From: Candidatus Multivoradales bacterium
Lineage (GTDB): Bacteria; Acidobacteriota; Thermoanaerobaculia; Multivoradales; JAHEKO01
Assembly: GCA_965223855.1 (NCBI GenBank)
Contig: CBDCXM010000009.1
Coordinates: forward strand, 96,001 to 160,000
Reading direction: 5' to 3'
DNA: 64,000 nucleotides
Shown in pieces: positions 28,056 to 37,661 of this stretch (position 1 is its first letter; the number at the start of each line of letters is the position of its first letter). The notes under the pieces were generated by a model. It saw nothing but the letters and a program-made list of their open reading frames with translations, searched no databases and had not been told where the DNA came from. A program made the position numbers and the translations under genes.

Positions 28056-29045
28056 TTGATTCACACCGTTCTCTACGACCCGCAGTCCGGACAGGCGCGC
28101 CACGGCGGACCGGAGCTGATCGACGAGTGGGAGTCGTCCGCCGGGACCACGATCTGGGCGATTCTCGAGGACGAAGCTGCCGAAGCGGAGACGCAACTCC
28201 TGTCGACTCGCTTCGGCGTTCACCCCCTGGCGATCACCGATGCCCTGCGCGAGCGTCACCCTCCCAAGATCGAGCCGTTCGACACGAACACCTTCATCCT
28301 GCTGAAGGGCCTCGACGCGAGTTCGACCTCGATCGACTTCGCGACGATTCAGCTTTCGCTCTTCATAGGCGAACGTCACCTGGTCACCCGCAGTTCAGGA
28401 CGCTCTTTGAGCAGCGAGAAGGTCCGCTCACAGCTCGCGTCCGGAGAGCTGCCTGCGGAGTTCACTCCGGCGGGGCTGGCGTTGCGGCTGTGCCGTACGG
28501 TGGCGGACCGCTTCCTGCCGATGCTCCTCGACGTCGAGAAGCGGCTCGAGGAGATGGAGTCCGAGATGCTCGAGCGGCCGAGCGACGAACTGCTCGCCGA
28601 ACTCGTGCGCCAGAAGGGCGACCTCAAGAAGGTGCTGCGGATCCTGCAGTACCACGCCCAGGTCTTCTCCTCCGCCCGTTCGGCCACACCGGCTCACCTC
28701 AGCGGCCACGACCACGAGCTGACCGACGTACAGGAGCAGCTCGACCGCCTGTTGAGCCTCGCCCGCCTCTTCTACGAGCTCAACGACGACCTGATGAACG
28801 GCTACCTCTCGCTCTCCGCCCACCGGCTGAACCAGATCATGCAGACGCTCACGATCGTCACCGTGATCTTCGTCCCGATCACCTTCATGGCCGGGATCTA
28901 CGGCATGAACTTCGAGTTCATGCCCGAGCTCGCCTTCCGGCCCGGATACTTCGTCCTGCTCGGGGCGATGCTGGTCGTCGTCGTGACGATCCTGCTCGTC
29001 TTCCGTGCCAGAGGCTGGCTCGGAGGGCGTCGGAATCGACGCTGA
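28056..29045 (+). CDS. corA: CorA Mg2+/Co2+ transporter
   Basis: RBS GAGGAGG and TTG start; [28 protein letters not shown]. Confidence 0.92.
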   Translation: MIHTVLYDPQSGQARHGGPELIDEWESSAGTTIWAILEDEAAEAETQLLSTRFGVHPLAITDALRERHPPKIEPFDTNTFILLKGLDASSTSIDFATIQLSLFIGERHLVTRSSGRSLSSEKVRSQLASGELPAEFTPAGLALRLCRTVADRFLPMLLDVEKRLEEMESEMLERPSDELLAELVRQKGDLKKVLRILQYHAQVFSSARSATPAHLSGHDHELTDVQEQLDRLLSLARLFYELNDDLMNGYLSLSAHRLNQIMQTLTIVTVIFVPITFMAGIYGMNFEFMPELAFRPGYFVLLGAMLVVVVTILLVFRARGWLGGRRNRR

Positions 29046-29062
29046 CGGACCAGCACCAGGCT

Positions 29063-29764
29063 ATGCGCAGGAAACCGGTAGCTCTCGGCATCTGCATCCT
29101 CGCGCTGTGGATGGCAGCCGCAGGTCCCGATCCGGTCCGGGTCTGGAACGATGAGATCGACCGCATCGACGCCCTGCTCCAGGAGGGGCGTTGGAAGAAG
29201 GCCGGCAAGGCGGCCAGGTCGCTGCGGGAGGAGATGTTCGAAGGGATCATCGCCGGGGGCAGGGAGCTGCTCGGACGCCTCGCCGCGCTGGAGGCGGTCG
29301 CGCTCGCCGGCCAGGGTGAAGTGGAGCGCGCCCGCTGGACCTGGGCGATCGCGCGGCACTTCTACCCGACCCTCGACGCCGTAGTGCTCGACAAGTACGG
29401 CGAGGCAGGCACCGCCCTGAAGGTGGCGCCTGCTCAACCGACCTGGGACGCGGATCGCTCTGCAGGCGAGGGTGCTGCAACCGAGGTCGAACGACCGGAA
29501 GTCGTGCACCAGCACAAGCCGAGGTTCCCACGTGCCCGCGTCGGGCTTGCCCGCTCCGTGGCGATCGTCGTCGAGTGCGTCGTCGGAACCGACGGCGTAC
29601 CGCGACATCCGACCGTCGTACGCGCCGAGGGTGAGGAGACGATGGTCTACAGCGCTCTCATGGCTCTCGGCCAATGGCGATTCGAGCCGGCTCGACTCCA
29701 CGGCGAACCCGTGAGCGTTTTCTACAACCTGACCGTCAACTTCAAGACCTGGCGGGACGAGTAG
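29063..29764 (+). CDS. Exported protein with helical N-domain and TonB C-terminal domain
   Basis: Signal peptide; KPRFP..VVECVVGTDG..QWRFEPARLHGEPVSVFYNLTVNF. Confidence 0.78.
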   Translation: MRRKPVALGICILALWMAAAGPDPVRVWNDEIDRIDALLQEGRWKKAGKAARSLREEMFEGIIAGGRELLGRLAALEAVALAGQGEVERARWTWAIARHFYPTLDAVVLDKYGEAGTALKVAPAQPTWDADRSAGEGAATEVERPEVVHQHKPRFPRARVGLARSVAIVVECVVGTDGVPRHPTVVRAEGEETMVYSALMALGQWRFEPARLHGEPVSVFYNLTVNFKTWRDE

Positions 29765-29833
29765 ACGCCGAACCGCATCGCCGAGCATCGACGACGGCCC
29801 TGCATCCCGGGGCCGGCCCTCAGAAGAGCGGAC

Positions 29834-31291
29834 TCAGAGAACCGGCAGCAGGCTCGCTTTCGCCAACTCCACCAGCGGACCCGGAAGGATGCCGAGCAGC
29901 AGCGTCACTAGGGCGCACAGGCCGATGGCGGCGACGAGGCCGCGTGCCTCGAGCGGCGCGGGTGTCGTCTCGTCGGCCTCCTTGAGGTACATCTGCACCA
30001 CGAGGCCGAGGTAGTAGTAGAGCGACAGGGCGCTCGTCAGCACACCGATCACCGCCACCCAGGTCCAGCCGGCTTCGACCGCCGCGGCGAAGAGGTACAC
30101 CTTGCCGAAGAAGCCGCCGGTCGGCGGGATACCGGTGAGCGACAGCAGGAAGAGGAGCATCATCGCCGCCAGGAGCGGAGCCCGGGTCGCCAGCCCGGCG
30201 TAGTCGGAGTAGGTCTCGCCGGCGTACTCCTTGCGCTCGAGCAGCACCACGAGGCCGAACGTGCCGGCCGTCATCACGGTGTAGGCGAGCATGTAGAAGA
30301 GCACCGCCCACTGGCCGCTCTCGGAGTAGGCAAGCACCCCCATCAGCACGTAGCCGGCATGGCCGATCGAGCTGTAGGCGAGCATCCGCTTGACGTTGTC
30401 CTGAGTCAGCGCCGCGAGGTTGCCCCAGATCATCGTCAGCGAGGCGACGGCGGCGATCACCAACTGCCAGTCGAGGTGGATGCCGGGCAGGGCGATGTAG
30501 AGGATGCGGATGAGAATCGCGAACGACGCCGCCTTCGACGCCATCGCGAGGAACGCCGTGATCGGTGTCGGCGCCCCGACGTAGACGTCCGGGGTCCAGA
30601 TGTGGAACGGCACGGCCGAGACCTTGAAGAAGAGGCCGATCGCCATCAGCAGCCAGCCGACCGCGAGCAGCAGCGGGTTCTGTGCCACCGCGCCCGGCAG
30701 CGCCACGGCGATCTCCGTCAGACCGAGCTCGCCGGTCGCACCGTAGACGAGCGACATGCCGTAGAGCAGGATGCCGCTCGAGAGCGCCCCGAGGACGAAG
30801 TACTTGATCGCCGCCTCGTTCGACCGCGTCTCGAGCTTGAAGTAGCCGGCGAGGATGTAGCTCGTGAGCGCCATCAGCTCGAGTGAGATCCAGATCGACA
30901 GCAGGTTCGACCCGCTCGCCATCAGCAGCATGCCGGTGGCGGCGATCAGCAGCAGCGAGTAGTACTCCCCGGCCCGGTAGCCGCTGTCTTCGACGTAGCG
31001 GGTCGATACGACGGCGGTGAGCCCGGTCGCCAGCAGAAGAACCAGCTTCCAGAACACCGCGTAGCGGTCGATGACGAACATCCCGGCGAGGATCGGCGAG
31101 GCGTTGTCGTCGGCCCCGAGCCACAGCACGAGCACCGTCGTCACGGCGAGCGACAGGAGCGCCACCGCCGAGGAGGTGCGCGCCGCGACTCCCTTGCCGA
31201 TCGAAGCGACCACCAGCAGGATCAGCCCCGCCACCAGGAGGAACCCCTCCGGCAGTAGGCGCGCGAGCTCGTGAAGCGGAATCGGATTCAT
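29834..31291 (-). CDS. nuoN: Complex I subunit N
   Basis: EAAIKYFVLG, FKVSAVPFHIWTPDVY, KRMLAYSSIGHAG. Confidence 0.95.
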   Translation of the reverse strand: MNPIPLHELARLLPEGFLLVAGLILLVVASIGKGVAARTSSAVALLSLAVTTVLVLWLGADDNASPILAGMFVIDRYAVFWKLVLLLATGLTAVVSTRYVEDSGYRAGEYYSLLLIAATGMLLMASGSNLLSIWISLELMALTSYILAGYFKLETRSNEAAIKYFVLGALSSGILLYGMSLVYGATGELGLTEIAVALPGAVAQNPLLLAVGWLLMAIGLFFKVSAVPFHIWTPDVYVGAPTPITAFLAMASKAASFAILIRILYIALPGIHLDWQLVIAAVASLTMIWGNLAALTQDNVKRMLAYSSIGHAGYVLMGVLAYSESGQWAVLFYMLAYTVMTAGTFGLVVLLERKEYAGETYSDYAGLATRAPLLAAMMLLFLLSLTGIPPTGGFFGKVYLFAAAVEAGWTWVAVIGVLTSALSLYYYLGLVVQMYLKEADETTPAPLEARGLVAAIGLCALVTLLLGILPGPLVELAKASLLPVL

Positions 31292-31295
31292 GCGG

Positions 31296-32885
31296 CTACT
31301 CGGCTGCCTCGGTCATGGCTGCCGGCTCGGCTCCCCCTTCGAGGGCGACCTGAGCGGCGTAGTCACCATCGACCTTGCGGACGATGTAGTCGACCGGCTT
31401 CTCGAGCACCTCGAAGAACGGCTTCGGGTAGAGACCGATCCAGAAGCAGAGGATGACCAGCGGGGTCAGGTAGAGGACCTCGCGCCGGTTGAGATCGTCG
31501 AGGTTCTCGTTCTCCGGGTTGGTCATCGGGCCGAAGAAGACCCGCTGGAACATCCACAGCATGTAGGCGGCCCCGAGGACGATGCCCAGGGCGCCGACGA
31601 GCGCCCACCACCAGGTGCGGTTGAAGGCGCCGACGAGGATCGTGAACTCGCCTACGAAGCCGTTGAGCGTCGGCAGGCCGATCGAAGACATGGTGATGAT
31701 GAGGAACATCGTCGCGAACACCGGCATCCGTGAGGACAGGCCGCCGTACTCGGAGATCATCCGCGTGTGGCGCCGCTCGTAGATGACGCCGACGAGAAGG
31801 AAGAGGGCGCCGGTCGACAGGCCGTGGTTGATCATCTGCAGGATGCCGCCGTTGAGCCCCGCGGTGTTGAGCGCGAAGATCCCGAGCATCACGAAGCCGA
31901 GATGGCTGACGGACGAGTACGCCACCAGCTTCTTCATGTCCTTCTGCGCCATCGCGCACAGCGCCCCGTAGACGATGCCGATGAGCGACAGCGCCACCAT
32001 CCACGGCAGCAGCGCCCAGGTGCCGTCCGGCAGGATCGGCAGCGAGAAACGGACGAAGCCGTAAGTGCCCATCTTCAGGAGCACCCCGGCAAGGATGACC
32101 GAGCCGGCGGTCGGCGCCTCGACATGCGCGTCCGGCAGCCAGGTGTGGAACGGGAACATCGGCACCTTGATGGCGAAGCCGACGAAGAAGGCGAGGAAGA
32201 TCCACCACTGCATGCCGGCGGGTATCGATGCCGAGATCTCGTGGAACTGCAGGATCGAGAAGGTCTTCGGGTTGCCGAGCCCTTCGACCCCCAGAAGGCC
32301 GGTCGAGTTGTAGAAGTAGAGTGCCAGGATGCCCAGGAGCATCAGCACCGAGCCGACCAGGGTGTAGAGGAAGAACTTGATCGCGGCGTAGAGCTTGCGC
32401 TCGCCGCCCCAGATGCCGATCAGGAAGTACATCGGCACCAGCATCACTTCCCAGAAGACGTAGAAGAGGAAGAAGTCCATCGCCATGAAGACGCCCAGCA
32501 TTCCGGTCTGGAGCATCAGCATGAAGACGTAGTACTCCTTCTCCCGTTCCTTGATGGCGGTCCACGAAGAGAGGAAGGCGATCACGCCGAGAAGCGTCGT
32601 CAGCAGCACCAGCAGCAGCGCGATGCCGTCGATGCCGAACTCGTAGCGCACTCCGATCGACGGGATCCACGACGCGCTCTCGCGGAACTGGAAGAGCTCA
32701 CCGGCGCGATCGAACTCGAACCAGAGCGGAATCGAGATCAGGAAATCGAGGAACGCGACGCCGGTGGCGAAGCGACGGATCGACCCGCCGTTGTCCTTGT
32801 TCATGAAGAGCACCAGCAGCGCGCCGACGAGCGGCACGTAGGCGACGATGCTCAGGATCGGGAGGTCGTGGATGAAATCGAACAT
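31296..32885 (-). CDS. nuoM: Complex I subunit M
   Basis: FWEVMLVPM, PFHTWLPDAHVEAPTAGS, KKLVAYSSVSHLG. Confidence 0.95.
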   Translation of the reverse strand: MFDFIHDLPILSIVAYVPLVGALLVLFMNKDNGGSIRRFATGVAFLDFLISIPLWFEFDRAGELFQFRESASWIPSIGVRYEFGIDGIALLLVLLTTLLGVIAFLSSWTAIKEREKEYYVFMLMLQTGMLGVFMAMDFFLFYVFWEVMLVPMYFLIGIWGGERKLYAAIKFFLYTLVGSVLMLLGILALYFYNSTGLLGVEGLGNPKTFSILQFHEISASIPAGMQWWIFLAFFVGFAIKVPMFPFHTWLPDAHVEAPTAGSVILAGVLLKMGTYGFVRFSLPILPDGTWALLPWMVALSLIGIVYGALCAMAQKDMKKLVAYSSVSHLGFVMLGIFALNTAGLNGGILQMINHGLSTGALFLLVGVIYERRHTRMISEYGGLSSRMPVFATMFLIITMSSIGLPTLNGFVGEFTILVGAFNRTWWWALVGALGIVLGAAYMLWMFQRVFFGPMTNPENENLDDLNRREVLYLTPLVILCFWIGLYPKPFFEVLEKPVDYIVRKVDGDYAAQVALEGGAEPAAMTEAAE

Positions 32886-32904
32886 GGGCGTTGCCTCGAG
32901 TCCG

Positions 32905-34971
32905 TTATCTCTTCAGGCCGATGACGACGTAGAACCACACCAGCACCGCCATCCCGATCGCGAGGACCAGGGCGTATTGAGAGACCGAGCCGGTCTGCAA
33001 CCGGCGGAAGAAGCGCGAGCCGAGCTTCGAAACCCAGCCCACGAGATTGACCAGCCCGTCGACGAAGTACTTGTCGAAGAAGCCGGAGAGCAGCGACGTC
33101 GCGACCGTGAAGTGACGCGAGCCGTTCACCAGCACCCCGTCGATGAATCTGCTGTCGAAGCCGAAGAGGCCGCGAGCGCTCGACCAGGTCCCCTTGACCA
33201 CGGTCGCGTCGTACGCCTCGTCGACGAAGTACTTGTTCTCGAGCCAGCGGTGCACCGCCGGGAAGCGCGCCACCCACTTCTCCCCTTCGGCGAGTCCGCT
33301 GTCACCGCCGTAGGTTCGGCGGGCCAGCAGGATGCCGCCGACCGCCACCGCGATCGACAGCGCCATCAGGGCGAGTTCGACGGCGAGACTCGCGTGGTGG
33401 CCGTGGTCGTCGCCGACGTGGGCGATGACCGGCTCCAGGAAGTGCTTGAACTTGTCGGCCCCGTGGATCAGGAAGTCCGGGAATCCGACCAGGCCTGCGA
33501 ACGCGGCGCCGACCGCCAGCACCATCAGCGGCACCGTCATCGACGGCGGCGATTCGTGCAGGTGGTGGTGCTGCTCCTCGGTGCCGCGGAACTCGCCGTG
33601 GAAGGTCATGAAGAGGAGCCGGAACATGTAGCAGGCGGTGAGACCCGCCGTCAGCAGACCGATCCCCCACAGCACCTTGTGATCGACCCAGGTGGCCGCG
33701 AGGATCGCGTCCTTGCTGAAGAAGCCGGCGAGCGGCGGGATGCCGGCGATCGCGATCGTGCCGACGAGGAAGGTGCGGTAGGTGATCGGCAGGTGCTCCT
33801 TCAAGCCGCCCATCTTGCGCATGTCCTGCTCGCCGCCCATGGCGTGGATCACCGAGCCGGAGCCGAGGAACATGAGCGCCTTGAAGAAGGCGTGCGTCAT
33901 CAGGTGGAAGACCGCCGCCGTGTAGGCGCCGACGCCGCAGGCGAGGAACATGTAGCCGAGCTGCGACACCGTCGAGTAGGCGAGCACCTTCTTGATGTCG
34001 GTCTGCGCCAGGCCGATCGTCGCCGCGAAGATCGCCGTCGCGGCGCCGATGATCGCCACCAGTTCGGAGGTGCCGGGTGCCAGTTGATAGAGCACGTTCG
34101 AGCGCGCCACCATGTAGACACCGGCGGTCACCATGGTGGCGGCATGAATCAGAGCCGAGACCGGCGTCGGGCCTGCCATCGCGTCCGGTAGCCAGGTGTA
34201 GAGCGGGATCTGGGCGCTCTTACCCGTGGCGCCGAGGAACAGAGCCAGCGTCACGAAGCCGGCGAAGGTGAGGCCGAGGACGTAGCCCCCCTGCACCAGC
34301 GCCGGGTTGGCCTCGATGGCGCCGAAGAGCTTCTCGTAGTTGAGCGTGCCGAAGTGGGCCGCCAGCGCGAACATGCCGGCGAGGAAGCAGAAGTCGCCGA
34401 TCCGGTTGACGATGAACGCCTTGCGTCCCGCGAACGGCGGGAACTCCTGGTCGTAGTAGAAGCCGATCAGCAGGTAGGAGCACAGTCCCACCCCTTCCCA
34501 ACCGACGAACGTCACCAGGTAGTTGTTGCCGAGGATGAGCATCAGCATCATCCCCATGAAGAGGTTCAGGTAGGTGAAGTAGCGCTGGAACCCCGGCTCG
34601 TGGTCCATGTAACCGACCGAGAAGATGTGGATCCAGAAGCCGACGAAGGTGACGACGAAGAGCATCACGCACGACAGCGGATCGAGCAGGAAGCCCATCT
34701 CGATCGAGAGATTCGCGAACGTGCCGTCGGCGATCCCCATCATGCCGGCGGGGATCCACTCGTAGACCGACTGCTCGAAAGGCTCATGCGCCGCGTAGAG
34801 ATCGCTGCCGACGTAGCCGAAGATGGCGAAGATCGACAGGACCAGACAGGCGAGTACCGAGCCACAGGCGACCGCGGCGACACCCTTCTTGTCGAGCCGG
34901 TTGCGCAGCACGACGCCGTTCAGAAACGCGCCGAGGAACGGCAGGACCGGAATGAGCCACAGCCACCTCAT
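32905..34971 (-). CDS. nuoL: Complex I subunit L
   Basis: GWEGVGLCSY, KSAQIPLYTWLPDAMAGPTPVSALIHAATMV, THAFFKAL. Confidence 0.95.
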   Translation of the reverse strand: MRWLWLIPVLPFLGAFLNGVVLRNRLDKKGVAAVACGSVLACLVLSIFAIFGYVGSDLYAAHEPFEQSVYEWIPAGMMGIADGTFANLSIEMGFLLDPLSCVMLFVVTFVGFWIHIFSVGYMDHEPGFQRYFTYLNLFMGMMLMLILGNNYLVTFVGWEGVGLCSYLLIGFYYDQEFPPFAGRKAFIVNRIGDFCFLAGMFALAAHFGTLNYEKLFGAIEANPALVQGGYVLGLTFAGFVTLALFLGATGKSAQIPLYTWLPDAMAGPTPVSALIHAATMVTAGVYMVARSNVLYQLAPGTSELVAIIGAATAIFAATIGLAQTDIKKVLAYSTVSQLGYMFLACGVGAYTAAVFHLMTHAFFKALMFLGSGSVIHAMGGEQDMRKMGGLKEHLPITYRTFLVGTIAIAGIPPLAGFFSKDAILAATWVDHKVLWGIGLLTAGLTACYMFRLLFMTFHGEFRGTEEQHHHLHESPPSMTVPLMVLAVGAAFAGLVGFPDFLIHGADKFKHFLEPVIAHVGDDHGHHASLAVELALMALSIAVAVGGILLARRTYGGDSGLAEGEKWVARFPAVHRWLENKYFVDEAYDATVVKGTWSSARGLFGFDSRFIDGVLVNGSRHFTVATSLLSGFFDKYFVDGLVNLVGWVSKLGSRFFRRLQTGSVSQYALVLAIGMAVLVWFYVVIGLKR

Positions 34972-35285
34972 CCGGACAGCTCCATCGCCTTGTCGAGCTC
35001 GGTCGTCTTGCGCAGGCGGAAGAGCGCGATCAGGATGCCGAGGCCGACAGCCGCCTCACCGGCGGCCACCGCGATCGTGAAGATCGCGAAGATCTGCCCG
35101 GTCAGGTCACCGTGACTCGCCGAAAAGGCGATCAGGTTGAGGTTGACCGAGTTGAGCACCAGCTCGATCGACATCAGCACGGTGATCATGTTGCGGCGCA
35201 CGACGATGCCGATCGTCCCGATCAGGAAGAGGATCGCCGACAGCAACAGGTAGTGGGTCGTCCCCACGTCGAAGAGCGCGCTCAT
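34968..35285 (-). CDS. nuoK: Complex I subunit K
   Basis: RRNMITVLMSIELVLNSVN, AVAAGEAAVGL. Confidence 0.93.
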   Translation of the reverse strand: MSALFDVGTTHYLLLSAILFLIGTIGIVVRRNMITVLMSIELVLNSVNLNLIAFSASHGDLTGQIFAIFTIAVAAGEAAVGLGILIALFRLRKTTELDKAMELSG

Positions 35286-35287
35286 CC

Positions 35288-35821
35288 CTATTGCCTCCGC
35301 CCCAGCACGACCGCGCCGACCATCGCCACCAGCAGGAAGACGGAGACGATCTCGAACGGCAGCAGGTACTGCCGATAGAGCAGCCACGCCACCGCCTCGG
35401 AGTTTCCGAGCGACTCCCCTTCGACGTCCGAGAACGCCGCCGGAGGCGCGCTCACGTCACCGAACTGCGCCGGGATGAAGGCGGTCAGCAACACCGCCGC
35501 GATGACACCCGCCGCCAGCACCGCCACCCACCAGTGGCCGCCGTACTTGTCCTGCTCCATCAACTGGTGCTGATTCACCAGCATGATCACGAACAGAAAC
35601 AGCACCATGATCCCGCCGCCGTAGACGAAAACCTGCACCACCGCCAGAAACTCGGCGAACCGCAACAGGAACAACACCGCCACCGAAATGAACGTCACCA
35701 GCAGCGAAATCGCCCCGTACATCGGGTTGCGCAGCAGCACCACCCCCAACGCCCCCGCCACCGTAATCCCGGCAAACAGGAAGAACAACAGCCCGGCGCC
35801 GTTCTCAACTAGGAAATCCAA
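35288..35821 (-). CDS. nuoJ: Complex I subunit J
   Basis: AEFLAVVQVFVYGGGIMVLFLFVIML, YLLPFEIVS. Confidence 0.93.
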   Translation of the reverse strand: MDFLVENGAGLLFFLFAGITVAGALGVVLLRNPMYGAISLLVTFISVAVLFLLRFAEFLAVVQVFVYGGGIMVLFLFVIMLVNQHQLMEQDKYGGHWWVAVLAAGVIAAVLLTAFIPAQFGDVSAPPAAFSDVEGESLGNSEAVAWLLYRQYLLPFEIVSVFLLVAMVGAVVLGRRQ

Positions 35822-35856
35822 GCAGAAGCTTCCTTCCCCTCAAACCGTGCTCGTGG

Positions 35857-36076
35857 AGTGGGCCGGATCGTCGCACCGCAGCCGGGCGTAGTCGAGACGT
35901 ACCAGACGTACGTCGCAGGCTGCGCCCGGCGAGGACGCGGCGAGCCGGTCCGCTGCCCTTCAACTCCGTGTCGTTGTAGTGGGCCGGATCGTCGTACCGC
36001 AGCCGGGCGTGCCCGAGACGTACTCAGACGTACGTCGCAGGCTGCGCCCGGCGAGGACGCGGCGAGCCGGTCCGCT
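35857..36076. repeat. Two tandem ~98-bp imperfect-palindrome (REP-like) repeats between nuoI and nuoJ
   Basis: Copies 35857-35954 and 35978-36076 are nearly identical; each folds as a long hairpin. Confidence 0.9.
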
Positions 36077-36090
36077 CCGCGAGTACGCCC

Positions 36091-36570
36091 TCACCGCACT
36101 TCCTCATCGGTATACGACGGTCTGACCTTCCAGTCCTGGAGCTCGTCCATGTCCACGTACAGGTTCTCCCACCGATCGTAGGAAGCCAGCTCGTACGTCT
36201 TCGACGTCAACCAGATCGACTTCGGATTCGTCGGACACGCCTCCTCGCACAGGCCGCAGAACATGCAGCGCTGGACGTCGATGTCGAAGCGATCGAGCAC
36301 CTTCTCCTTCTTCTCCAGCACCGGGTTCATCTCCTGGTGCCAGTCGATGTAGATGATGTCGATCGGGCAGTCGCGCGCGCACAGCGTGCACTTGATGCAG
36401 CGCTCCTCGTCGAGGCGGAACATGCCGCGGAAGCGGTGCGCCGGCTCGAGGCGCTCCTCGGGGTATTGGACCGTCTCCTTCTTCTTGAAGATGTGACGGA
36501 AGGTGATCCCCAGCCCCGAGAAGAGGTCGAGGAGCATGAACTTGTCGAGCATTCTGCGCATCGAGCTCAT
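36091..36570 (-). CDS. nuoI: Complex I subunit I (2x[4Fe-4S])
   Basis: TVQYPEE, CIKCTLCARDCP, CMFCGLCEEACP. Confidence 0.94.
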   Translation of the reverse strand: MSSMRRMLDKFMLLDLFSGLGITFRHIFKKKETVQYPEERLEPAHRFRGMFRLDEERCIKCTLCARDCPIDIIYIDWHQEMNPVLEKKEKVLDRFDIDVQRCMFCGLCEEACPTNPKSIWLTSKTYELASYDRWENLYVDMDELQDWKVRPSYTDEEVR

Positions 36571-37655
36571 AGGAGGATCTTCCACAGGCCGACGCCGAAG
36601 ACGGTGAAGAGGACCAGCGGGATCAACCACTTCCAGCCGAGGTCCATGAGCTGGTCGAAGCGGTAGCGCGGGAAGGTGCCGCGGAACCAGATGTAGACGA
36701 ACAGGAAGGCGAACAGCTTGATCGAGAACCAGATCAGGCCCATCAGGCCCGCCGGAATGAACGAGGGCGACAGGAACGACAGCGCCTCGACGTTCGGGAA
36801 CGGCTGCTGCCAGCCGCCGAGGAAGAGCGTCACACCGAGCGCCGAGACGACGATCATGTTGGCGTACTCGCCGAGGAAGAAGAGGGCGAAGCGCATGCCG
36901 GTGTACTCGGTGTGGAAGCCGGCCACCAGCTCCGACTCCGCCTCCGGCAGGTCGAACGGGTTGCGGTTCGATTCGGCGACGCCGGCGACGAAGTAGATGA
37001 AGAAGGCGATCAGGCCGAACGGGAAGAACTGGAAGATGAACCAGCGCGACTGCTCGAACTGCGCCATCACGACGCCCTGGAGCGACATCGTCCCCGCCAT
37101 CAGCAGCGGGATCACCAGCGAGAAGCCCTGCGGGACCTCGTAGGAGATCATCTGCGCCGCCGAGCGCAGCCCGCCGAGGAGCGAGAACTTCGAGTTCGAC
37201 GCCCAACCGCCGATGATGATGCCGTAGACCCCGACCGTCGCCATGGCGACGACGAAGAGCAGGGCCACGTTGACGTCGGTGATGAAAAAGTCGAGACTGC
37301 CGCCGCTCTCGGAAGCGGGCGGGCCGAACGGGATCACCGAGAAGATGATGAACGCCGGCGCCACCACCAGGCAGGGGGCGAGGATGAACGCCCAGCGCAC
37401 CGCCTTGCTGGGGATCACGTCCTCCTTCACCAGCAGCTTGGCGATGTCGGCGATCGGCTGAAGGATCCCCCACGGACCGACCCGGTTGGGTCCGAGCCGC
37501 ACCTGCATGAAGCCGAGGATCTTGCGCTCGGCGAGCACCAGATACGAGATCAGCGGCAGGATGCCGAGGAACAGGAGCGCCGCGATCTTGATCAGCGGCG
37601 ACACCGCGTAGGTGAAGAGCGTCGGCCCGACTGCTTCCTGGATCGCTTCGAACAC
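36567..37655 (-). CDS. nuoH: Complex I subunit H
   Basis: ERKILGFMQVRLGPNRVGP, LRSAAQMISYE, PFDLPEAESELVAG, PRYRFDQLM. Confidence 0.95.
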   Translation of the reverse strand: MFEAIQEAVGPTLFTYAVSPLIKIAALLFLGILPLISYLVLAERKILGFMQVRLGPNRVGPWGILQPIADIAKLLVKEDVIPSKAVRWAFILAPCLVVAPAFIIFSVIPFGPPASESGGSLDFFITDVNVALLFVVAMATVGVYGIIIGGWASNSKFSLLGGLRSAAQMISYEVPQGFSLVIPLLMAGTMSLQGVVMAQFEQSRWFIFQFFPFGLIAFFIYFVAGVAESNRNPFDLPEAESELVAGFHTEYTGMRFALFFLGEYANMIVVSALGVTLFLGGWQQPFPNVEALSFLSPSFIPAGLMGLIWFSIKLFAFLFVYIWFRGTFPRYRFDQLMDLGWKWLIPLVLFTVFGVGLWKILL

Positions 37656-37661
37656 GCCCAG

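Noticed and set aside
35857-36076. CRISPR array or integron attC sites
   Set aside because: Only two ~98-bp units, no unique spacers, no cas or intI genes, no RYYYAAC/GTTRRRY ends
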